A DNA stretch of 64,000 nt from Octopus vulgaris (Eukaryota). Below the pieces are notes generated by a model. That model was not told the origin of the DNA and did not search any database. It saw only the letters and a program-made list of their open reading frames with translations. The DNA lies in NCBI GenBank assembly GCA_951406725.2, contig OX597826.1:63860001-63924000 (forward strand). Reading direction: 5' to 3'. Position numbers and translations under genes: made by a program. Positions within the stretch are counted from its first letter, which is position 1; each line of letters starts with the position of its first letter. Shown here piece by piece: positions 37,082-49,300 of this stretch.

Positions 37082-40000
37082 GTATTTTGTGAAAACAACT
37101 TTATAATTTGTTCTATTTTCAAACATAAAATATTCTTAAACTATATTATTTACATATTTTCATACACAACTATCCCAAGCTAATTTAGATATTTCGTTCA
37201 TTATTAAAATCAACACGTTTCATTGGCTCAAATTCTGTCATTTAATTGTGAAATGTGCTTGGATTGTTGTCAACATAGAATTAAATTTTTGTATTCAAAA
37301 GTATTTTCATAGATACATTAACTGCTTAAATATCGTTGTTTTCATAACAAAAGCTGTCAGCTGTGTGCCACCAAGAAATGCTCTTTTTGTTGCTTTTTTT
37401 TTTTTTTCAATGTAAAATCGCTTCATTGCTTTACAATAATTAGCCCAAAACTTCGATATTTTTATCTTCAAGGAATTTAAAAATTTTATATTTATTGCAC
37501 ATGGATAATTGATTTATATAATAACAGAAATTAGAGATATAATGTTCAGTTTTTATAACTCTCTCTTTGACGAATCTGTTTTATCCTTACTCATCGAATT
37601 TCCCCCTGCATCCAACACCGTAAATGAATATAGTATTTATGTGTATTAATGGTAATTATTTTTTTCAAAAAAGAAGGGTTTTGTACGTTAGGTGATAGCC
37701 AGTCATCTTTGTATTAATGCTAGTAACGCACAACACCACGAGACGAAGGGATCAAATAACCGAATTTACTGAACCACTCTGCCCTGTCTGAGAGCCTTTA
37801 GAAGTGTTTACTCTGTTGCAGATTTATGGTTCCTTCATGGCCATGATTTTCCTGCAAATATCCAAGTTGGGCATCAGTTGTATTAGTATCGATATCCACA
37901 ATTCATAAATACGCACTCAGTCATCTACTTTATCTGTATCTTGGCTAAAGAACAAAATAGCTGAGTGAGTAGTGTACCGGACCTTTTGTTCAGGGGTTCT
38001 TGACTTCAAATCTATTGAAGGTCTCTGGTCGTTTATTTCATAAGTACACTTAATTTACACTTTCACCTAACATCAGTGAAAGACGCACTTAGGAGTGTCA
38101 CCTGCTGTAGACTGGCAGTCTATCCAGGAGGAGATTTATTTCCCATCCACTTAGACCAGGTGATCTGAATACTAACTCTTAACTGTCCCTTGGTACAGCA
38201 GGAAGCATTTATATATTGAGTTATATGAAATGAAGCGTGAAGGCACATGGTTCTGGTTAAAGCATCAGGCTTACAGTCACAAGGTTGTGAGTTTGCTTCT
38301 TGGACAGGGCTGTGTATAGTGTTCTTGAGCTAGACACCTTATTTCACATCGCTCCAGTTCACTCATCTGTAGAAATTAATTGCAATGTCACTGGTGCCAA
38401 GCTGTATCAGTGTTTGCCTTTCCCTTGGACAACATCAGTTGCATGGAGAGGAGAAACTGGTATGCATGGGTGACTGTTAGTCTTCCACAAACAAGCTTAC
38501 CCAGACTTGTTCCGTGGAAGGGAACTTTCTAGATGTAATTCCACGGTCATTTGTGACTGAAGGAGGTCTTTACCCATTTATGAAATGAAGCATTGATTTT
38601 GATTTTACTGTTTATATATCTTGGTTTACACTTCAGTCATTTCCTTGATTATTTGCTAATTATGCTAAGTAGCTGAGTTCAAATCTGCTACAGCTCTCTG
38701 GTTATTTATAAAGCACACTTAATTTACACTTTTACTTCATATATCTTCAGGGGTTTACATCCTAAATTTCATAGGAGCATCAGAAGATTTATTTCTCCTC
38801 TACTTTTTGCCAGATGATCTGAGTACTAACTCTTGCTGGTCTCTGGCACTGTATAAAATGTTTAAATTTATATTTTATCGTTTATGCTTTGTAGCTTACA
38901 CTTCTGTCATTTCTTTGATTACAATTTCTAATTATCATGCATATGAAAGAATACTAATTATTACTTTATTATTGTTTTAATTTTCAATATTGCTTCTTTT
39001 GCTAGAAATCTGCTGCAGACCATCGCAGAAAGTGGGACCGCGAAGAATATGAGAGACTTGCGAGTGAAAGGCTCAAAGCTGAACAGCTGTGTCAGCTGGA
39101 CAAAAATCTGAAGGAACCACCAGTAAAACGAGCATTACTGCAGCCCCGTGACTACAGGGTATGGATTAACAGAGCTTTAGTTTCTTTGTTATTTACATGT
39201 CAATATTTTTATATTTTTTTTTTTTTTTACTTGTTTCAGTCATTTGACTGCGGCCATGCTAGAGCACCGCCTTTAGTCGAGCAAATCGACCCCGGGACTT
39301 ATTCTTTTGTAAGCCCAGTACTTATTTTATCGGTCTCTTTTGCCGAACCGCTAAGTGGCGGGGACGTAAACACACCAGCATCGGTTGTCAAGCAATGCTA
39401 GGGGGGCAAACACAGACACACAAACACACACACACATATAGATATATACATATATACGACGGGCTTCTTTCAGTTTCCGTCTACCAAATCCACTCACAAG
39501 GCATTGGTCGGCCCGAGGCTATAGTAGAAGACACTTGCCCAAGGTGCCACGCAGTGGGACTGAACCCGGAACCATGTGGTTGGTAAGCAAGCTACTTACC
39601 ACACAGCCACTCCTAATACAAATATTTGTTGTTGCTGTAACCTTGTGCTAATATAAGAAATCAATATTTATTGCTGTTGGTTGAAATAATAGTGTCATAC
39701 ATTGTCATTTCAAATCCCACTAGACTTGACTTCAGCATTCACTACTTCAGGAGTAGAGAAAAATAAGTACCAGTAACATACTGGGGCTCAATATTTTTGC
39801 AGCAATAATGAAGGATTTTTGTAGTGTAAAAAAATTCTTAATGAATGGAATCCATTCTCAAGTTTTTTTTTTTATTAAAGACAATTTTCTTACATCATTA
39901 GTACACTTCTTCTGAATGTGTTAATGACACTCTCTCCTTCCTTTCCAATGTATATTAATGACCTCATAGAGGCAATGACAAATGACCGAGACCTTTGGCA

Positions 40001-40355
40001 ATATACTCTGCTTGAGAAGAAGACTTATTATTATAATTAAATTCAATAGTACAAAAAGATAAAAACTTTTTACTATCTATACTATAATATTTTACATTAC
40101 AAACTATTTCACAAAGCAACCACACTTAATGCTTTTAGATCATAGTTCCAGACATTTGTATATTACTGCATGCACTTTATACACACTTTGTGACAAGTTG
40201 TGGTGCACCTGAGCACTATACAATAATTTCATTATTATTATATAATAATTATAAAAATAAGAATAATTAAATAAATGTACGTATCTAAATTATAATTAAC
40301 AAAAAATAAAAAAATTAGAAATGAATAAGTACTTTTGTTATTCCTTTAATAAGTA

Positions 40356-40386
<31 letters not shown>

Positions 40387-43300
40387 CGGAGTAAACACAT
40401 AAATGTGAAACAAGGTGGAAAAAAGAGTACTCAAATACCAGTGGTAGAGTAATATGGTTTATTTAAAAGCAGCAGAAAATTCAACAAAACCTGTTACTCT
40501 GAGTTTCACATTCCCGTTCGTCGGACAGTTTTTGCTAGAATAGAACCGATATGTCTTGATATATATATATATATATATATATATGTCTTGATATATATAT
40601 ATATATATATATGCATGCACACACATACATATATAAATATATGGGTGTTTATTTATATATCTGTTGCTTGGTAGTCTGTAATCAGATACGTATGTATGCT
40701 TATTTATTAGTTACTTGACAATTTGTGATCACTGATATCTACTAATAGCTAATAAGGTGTATTGTCTTCAGGAAATGAAGGAATTAGTTTAGTGACATTC
40801 ATGCTTCTCCTGAGGGCATTAGATGCATTAGTAAAATATGTAAAATAGCCACAATTGAAAAATCAAACCCAAATTTGGGAGACACTGTTTGCCAGATGTT
40901 CAACACCTACTCTGCAGTCCTCAATAATAATAATTATTGCTTATAGTATTATCCTTCAAGAAACACCATCTACAATGGTTCTTCTCTGAGTTAAGGAAAC
41001 AATAGAAGCAATAAATCAATCACTTCTGTTCTGCCATTGTCTCATCAATAATGTTCAATTGAACAACTTCTTTTTTGTTGTTATTTCCTTTCTTTACTAC
41101 TTGGTTATATTTCAATGTGGTGGTTTCTCTCTTCTACATAGGTCGATCTTGAATCAAAGTTGGGTAAATCTATGGTTATAACCAAGACAACGCCAGCATC
41201 TCAGCAAGGAGGGTTTGTATTCATTTCTTTCTCTTCCATTGGAGCATAATTTATTTTAAATAATGGTATTAAATATGAATTCTCTCCCTCCCTCTCTTTT
41301 TCATCTCCTCAGTCTTTCATTTCTTTTCTCTCTCTTTCTCCCCCTTACTCTCTTCCCCACATTGTCACTTCTGCTTCACCTCATTCGTCCTCTTCTTTTC
41401 CCTTCATTCTCTCTTTCTCTTTCTTGCACACTCTATCTCTCTTTCCACCATTTTTCTGAATTGTACATCTCATCTGTGAACATTCTCAGATCCAGGCCTC
41501 ATTATAGTCTTTGGTCCTTTTTTTAATGGAAACCTTCAATATACACTCACATTCACTTTGCGCTCATAGGTGTTATTGTTTTTACTCACAACAGGTGTTA
41601 TTTATTTACATTGTATGTCTGTACCAGCACAGTTGTCTTTCCTATTCACTCCAGTTAACACTTTTCATGCCCAACCACTCTCTCAGTTCACTTATATATC
41701 CTTTCTTTCAAATTAACATTGTACATTTAGCATTTCATGCAAAACACTTAAGTAAATTTCATTCAATAACCAAATCTCACTGTTGGACAATATCATATGT
41801 GCTGCACAACTTATTTTTCCTTAATATTCAACAGATAGTCTTCACTTCCCACATCTTACTACTGCTGGGATCCCCAACCACCAAGTACTGAACCCACACA
41901 GAAAGAATAAATTTTATTGAAATCAAATTCGATGACTGGCATCCATGCTAGTGGAGTGCTAAGAGTACCATATGAGCATGTTCATTGCCAGAGCAACAAG
42001 CTGGCCTCCATGCTGATGGGCACGTAAAAAACACCATTCGAGCATGATCGTTACCTGCGTTGCCTTACTGGCACTTGTGTTGGTGGCACGTGAAAAAACA
42101 TTCGAGCAAGGTCATTGCCAGTGCTGCTGGACTGGCTCCTGTGTAGGTGCACATAAAAAGTACCATTTGAGCGTGGCCGTTGCCAGTACCGCCTGACTGG
42201 CCCACATGCCGGTGGAAAATAAAGGCACCCACTACACTCTTGGAGTGGTTGGCATTAGGAAGGGAATCCAGCTGTAGAAACTCTGCCAGATCAGATTGGA
42301 ATCAGGTGCAGCCATCTGGTTCGCCAGACCTCAGTCAAATCGTCCCACCCATGCTAGCATGGAAAGCAGACGTTAAACAATGATGGTGATGATGATGTAT
42401 TATAACAACTGGAAATGAACAGTCTGCAGGGTGTTTTTGCATTATAATGCATTGTATATGTATTATATGACTCAGTTCTCTGTACTATGAGGTACATAAG
42501 GCACAACATGATCTCTCTGTTTTCTGCCACTCTTCTGGTTTCATTCCAGTTTCTCCACCATTCTTGTCTCCTTTCCTTGTCAATGGTCTTTTGTCATGTA
42601 GCTTTAGGGTACCCTGCTGCTCTTTTACCCTCAGGCTTCCACGTTAGTGCCACCATACAGTCACTTTGTTGATTTTGTCTGAGGACATGTCCAATCCAGT
42701 GTCTGTGTTCTACTTTTTCAGCAGTGATCCTGTTGTCATCTCAATTTTGTCATTTCAGACTCTTCACAGCCACTCGATGTCAAGTATTCTCCTTGACCTT
42801 TTAGTTTTCAGATTATTCTGTTAAATTTATTGCCTATTTATTCATATTGTTTTGAATTAATCAGGCATTATTTTGTAGCTTCAAGATTTCAATGGTGTGT
42901 TAGTATATTTCCAGATTGACATTGTTGGGTAGGTGTGAGAGGTTGGATTTGGTCAGTTTTAACATAAAACAGGTAGAATATTTGGGGCAAATATAGCCAG
43001 ATTAAATACTAAAGAGTTAAGCATGTAAATTAGAAGTTGTCCATTATATTTTCTTACATTTTTTATTGTGCTTGTATTCTCCTGATCCATGGAAAAATTG
43101 TCTTGCATGAAAGTGATCTGTAATACAAATAAATGGTTGGGAATGCTGTACTACAGGACAGCATCATATGTTTTGCACAATTCATTTATCATATCACCGT
43201 TGCCAGCCTCGTCTGGCCCCCGTGCGGGTGGCACGTAAAAAGCACCATCCAATTGTGGCCGTTTGCCAGCCTCGTCTGGCACCTGTGCAGGTGGCACGTA

Positions 43301-46300
43301 AAAAGCACCCACTACACTCACAGAGTGGTTGGCGTTAGGAACACTGCCAGATCAGACTGGGCCTGGCGCAGCCTACTGGCTTCCCAGACCCCAGTTGAAC
43401 CATCCAACCCATGCTACCATGGAAAACGGACGTTGAACAATGATGATGATGATGATATCAATAGATTATCAAGAGATAATCTTCATTCATTTCTCACATC
43501 TTAGCTTGACACTATCATGCTTTTTACATATACTTCGTACAGTCTGTTCTTTGTTTAAACAGTTTGCTATTGTTCTTCAACCACAGATCAACCCTAATTG
43601 CGCAAACTTTTGATCAAAGACATTCCAGCCATGACCATCTCGTCTTATTACAGATGTCTAGGACCACATTATCTAAACTGCCCTTTTCTTTTTACAAGAT
43701 GATAGGGTGTGATTTGATGGAATTTGGCTGCTATTTTTAGTAAGTTGAACAATGGTGAATTGGCAGTAATGTTAGAGCATAAGCTTTACTGTATTTGTTC
43801 CAGTTCTGTGTGCTCTGAGTTCAAATCCCACCAAACTTAGCTCTACCTGTCATCCTTTCATGATCAGTAACATAACATATCAATCCAAGACAGTACCTAT
43901 ATTTTCTTCTAATCACATCCTGTCTTAAAACAGGTGAGGTGCATTGAAGTTTTCTGTCAATATCTTTTGAATTTGTTGTCTCTTACACTGCAGTGGCCTT
44001 GAGCCTTGTTTTGGATAAAATCATGTAAAAAAAAAAAGGCACATCTGATGGGTTTTGCAGTCTTCAATATTTTCATTTGCTAATCATTTTTCAGATATTT
44101 ATAATGTTCTCACATAATATTTTTAAAAATCCATTATTAATATTATTATGGCGGTGAGGTGGCAGAATTGTTAACACACTGAGCAAAATACTCGACATTT
44201 CTTCTGGTTTTACATTGTTAATTCAAATTCCACTGAGGTCAATTTTGTCTTTTATCCTTTTAGGATCAATGAAATAAGTACCAGTTGAGCACTGGAAGCG
44301 ATGTATTTGGCTAGCTCTCTCCCCTAAAAAATTTTAGGCCATGTGCCTCTATTATTTTTATTATTGATAAGGCGGCAAGCTGGGAGAATCGTCAGCACTC
44401 TGGATGAAATGCTTTGTGGTATTTCACTCGTTGAAGGCGGCGAGCTGGCAGAAACGTTAGCACGCCAGGTGAAATGCGTAGCCATATTTCATCTGCCGTT
44501 ACGTTCTGGGTTCAAATTCCACCGAGGTCGACTTTGCCTTTCATCCTTTCGGGGTTGATTAATTAAGTTCCAGTTATGTACTGGGGTCGATGTAATCGAC
44601 TTAATCCGTTTGTCTGTCCTTGTTTGTCCCCTCTGTGTTTAGCCCCTTGTGGGTTGTAAAGAAATAGGTATTTCACTCGTTGCTACATTCTGAGTTCAAA
44701 TTCTGCCAAGGTCGACTTTGTCTTTCATCCTTTTGAGATCAATAAAGTAAGTACCAGTGAAACACTGGGGTCAATGTAATCCGACTTATCACCTCCCCTA
44801 AAATGGCTGCCCTTGTGGCAAAATTTGAAATCATTATTATTGTTGTTGTTGTACTGATTATTCCTCTATAAAATTAGAGTAGTCTCCCTTCTCAATTGAC
44901 AGCGCATATACAGTGCAATAACAGAATTCAACAACTGCTCCTGTATTTATTCATACAACAGTCTAAGTCATCTCCCACTCTGCTTCATACTCTGCCTTCC
45001 CTATTTTTCATGCACACACACACACACACTATCTTTCTGGCTAAATTACTGTATAATACATACACCATACAGCTATGTAATTATGGAAATAACTTGTTTG
45101 CAATGTTTTCCAGACGGTAGGAGTTGAACAAAGTCTCTAGCGGTAAATTTCTTGAGGTGCTTCTCAGCAACCATTTACATTCTGATTTCAAATCTTCCTA
45201 AAAAGTCAGCTTTGTATTTCATGTTATCAGGGTCAATAAAATAAGCATCACTCAACTACTGAGGTCCATCTTTATCATCGTTTTAACATCCAATTTTCTG
45301 TGCTTGCATGGGTTGGACAGAGTTTGAGGTAGATTTTCTATGGTTGGATGTCCTTCCTGTAGCCAATCCTCACTTGTTTCCAAGCAAGGTCATATTTCTC
45401 CATGGCTAGAAGTATTTCCACAGAATATTAGAAATTAATGACACTCATTTACAACTACCACATGATGTCAAAACAAATTCACACACTCACATACATACAT
45501 ACATGCATCACCCTCACCACTTACCTTCTGCTTTCCATGTTGCCCTGGTTCGAATTATTTATTTTGGCATGGTTTCTACAGCTGCATGCCTTTCCTAATG
45601 CTAAGCACTTCACAGAGTGTACTGGGTGCTTTTATGTGGCACTGCCATGGACACTTTTACATTGTACTGTCATGGATGCTTTCACGAGGTACCAGCATGG
45701 GCGCTTTTACATGGCACTGGCACACATATATATGACTGCCTTTTTTCATTTTCTATCTACCAAACCCAGCCACCCAGTCACAAGTTTTAATCAGCCCAGG
45801 GCTATAGTAGAAAACAGTTACTCAGAGTGTCACACAGTAGGACTGAACCCAAAACCATGTGGTTAGGAAGTAAATGTCTTAACCACACAGCTATGCCTAC
45901 ATCCATATATTTGAAATTCACTCTGTTATCCACTCAAATACTTCAATAGATACACTTGCTCATATAATTGTGTTGCTATTTGTTCTTTCTTGTTTTTTTC
46001 ATAATGGCTTAGTCAGTGGAGAAAGGACAGTGTCCAAAGCCTTCTTCACATATGATAGGTGAAAAGAAGGGTATAAGTTTTCCTCAGATTGGACGCCTGA
46101 CCTAAATACTTGCAATAGAGTGAACTCTGCTGAAGGAACCCAAAGACCAGATGGTGGTATTTAATTGGGTGACAGATTAAGTCTACTGCCCTATCAAGGT
46201 GATGGGCTGTCTTCTACTCAGGAACAGGAACAGTCCTGTTGATGAGCTTCCATACAGTTTCCTTCAACCAAGTTCCACTCTCAAATCTTTGGTTGGCCTG

Positions 46301-49300
46301 AGGCTATTACAGAAGACAATTGTTCAATGTGCTGTACTATAGGGTCAGACCTGAAGCCTCATAGTTACAAAGTGAACTTCGTTTACACAGTCCTGTCTGT
46401 ACTCATATTTTATTATACGTGTATATGGTAATTTTAGCTAAGATCTTAACATTAAACTATGCACTATTGGCTTGATTGCTTAAACTGTTCTTCATGATAT
46501 AAATTATTGCTTTTCTTTTATTTTAGATATTATTGCAATGTCTGTGATTGTGTTGTCAAAGATTCTATTAACTTCTTGGATCATATTAATGGGAAAAAAC
46601 GTGAGTATTACTTTAATGTATAATACATTTAGTCACATGCCAATTTGTTCATTTACTACTTCCCTTGTCCTGGCCACGATTTGATGGAGAAAGTAGTGGT
46701 TGCTCTGAGAAAGGAAGTATTATAAAGAGAGGTAGATTAGATAGATAAATGGGTAAGTGGGAGATTGACAGAAAGAGAGAGAGAGAGTAGTCAGTGGCAA
46801 GCATGGAGGAATATTATCTTGTTTGGAAACAAGTCAGAGATGGCAAAAGGAAGGGTATCGGGCTATTGATAATCTGCTTCAATAAACTCTGCTTGCCCAT
46901 TTTTCCATGCTTGCATGAAAAAGTGGACTTTAAAACGATGATGATGACTTTCTGAATAGATATTGATATTCTCCAGTAATATACAGAATTTGATTCTATT
47001 GACTAAGCACTTTTCCTTCAAATATGTGGTTTTACGTTAATATATGAAATTCTTATTAAATGGCTACTGAAAGTGGCTACCTGGCAGAATTGCTAGCATG
47101 CAGACAAAATACTTAGTGGCATTTCATCTGTCTTCATGTTCTGATTCGAATGTCACAGAGATTGGCTGGCACGTAAAAAGCACCATCCGATCGTGGCCGT
47201 TGCCAGCCTCGCCTGGCCCTCGTGCCAGTGGCACGTAAAAAGCACCATCCAATCGTGGCCGTTTGCCAGCCTCGTCTGGCATGTAAAAGCACCCACTACA
47301 CTCGCGGAGTGGTTGGCGTTAGGAAGGGCATCCAGCCGTAGAAACATTGCCAGATCAGACTGGGCCTGGTGCAGCCTTCTGGCTTCCCAGACCCCAGTTG
47401 AACCGTCCAACCCATGCTAGCAGGGAAAGCGGACGCTAAACGATGATGATGAGTACTGGAGTCGATGTAATTGATTCTGTCACCTCTCCCAAAATTTCAG
47501 GCCTTGTGCCAGGCGAATGACAGCATCAGAAGCTCACCGGATAAAAATGCATCAGTTACGTCCCTTTACATCCAGAGTTTAACCCTTTAACCTTCAGATT
47601 ACTTAGTTACATGTAATGCTTATTTATTCACAGTTTTGGATTAATTAAGCATTATCTTGTAGCTTCAATTTCGACGATGTATTTGTTGATTCTTAGAATG
47701 ACATTGTGGGGTAGGTGTGAAGGACCAGGTCTGGCCGTTTTAAGCATAAAACAAATAGAATACTTGGGCTGGATATGGCCAGTTTAAGTATCAAAGGGTT
47801 AAAATCGTATCACGTTTCATCCATGCAGTAAAGTAAGTATCAGTCAAGTACTGAGATCCAGTTAAGTCAATTTCATCCATTCCCAAAATTTATGGCTTTG
47901 ACTTCAAATTGCACTGGAGCTAATATTGATAGGCGCAGGAGTGGCTGTGTGGTAAGTAGCTTGCTTACCAACCACATGGTTCCGGGTTCAGTCCCATTGC
48001 GTGGCATCTTGGGCAAGTGTCTTCTACTATAGCCTCAGGCCGACCAAGCTTTGTGAGTGGATTTGGTAGATGGAAACTGAAAGAAGCCCATCGTATATAT
48101 GTATATATATATATATGTGTATGTATATGTGTGTGTATGTTTGTGTGTCTGTGTTTGTCCAACCAACACCGCTTGACAACCGATGCTGGTGTGTTTACGT
48201 CCCCGTAACTTAGCGGTTCGGTAAAAGTGACCGATAGAATTAGTACTTGGCTTACAAAGAATAAGTCCTGGGGTCGATTTGATCGACTAAAGGCAGTGCT
48301 CCAGCATCGCCGCAGTCAAATGACTGAAACAAGTAAAAGAGTAAAAGAAAATAAGATGGCAAAGGAAAGTAAAGGCTGGTACAGCTTGACACCAGTGATG
48401 TTGCAACTCATTTCTACAGCTGAGTGAACTGGAGCAACGTGAAATAAAGTGTCTTGCTCACGAATACAACACGCAGCCCGGTCCAGGATTCGAACTCACA
48501 ACCTCACAATCGTAAGCCCAATGCCGTAACCACTCAGCTGTGTGCTTTCACATGTGTGTGTGTATGTACACATACCCTTTCCGAGCAAGTGATTTGATAT
48601 GAGATTGCTTGTTGAAAGTAGAATGATTGCAGTGTGGAAGACATATTTGCTTTTCAAATACATACAAAAACTGGTAACTTCACTTAAACATTTATTATTT
48701 GTTGTCAGAATTTTCATTGCACCAAATAATAGATGTTTAAGTGAAGTTAACAGTTCTTTGTGAGAGTTTTTGAAAGGCTAATATACATATGTCTTCCATG
48801 CTGTAATTATTTTAGTTTCAACACATACTCTCAGATCAAATCACTTTCCTGGTTAGTATCAATATCCTTGCATATGTTCCAGTGGCATGTAAAAAGCACC
48901 ATCCGAACGTGGCCGATGCCAGCGCCACCTTGTCTGGCTTCCGTGCCGGTGGCACGTAGAAAGCACCAATTGATCATGGTCTTTGCCAGCCTTCCCTGGC
49001 ACCTGTGCCAGTGGCACATATAAAGCTCCCACTACACTCACGGAGTGGTTGGCATTAGGAAGGGCATCCAGCTGTAGAAACACTGCCAGATCATACTGGA
49101 GCCTGGTGCAGCCTCCTGGCTTCTCAGACCCCGGTCAAACCATCCATTCCATGCTAGCATGGAAAACGGACGTTAAACGATGATGATCATCATCATTATG
49201 TTCAGTCTCCTCCTTCTTTTTTCTGGATGTGGTATCCACTCTGTCAATTTGCCATCCCATCCATTGTCCTTTCTTCTAAACACATGTCCCTCAAAACACC

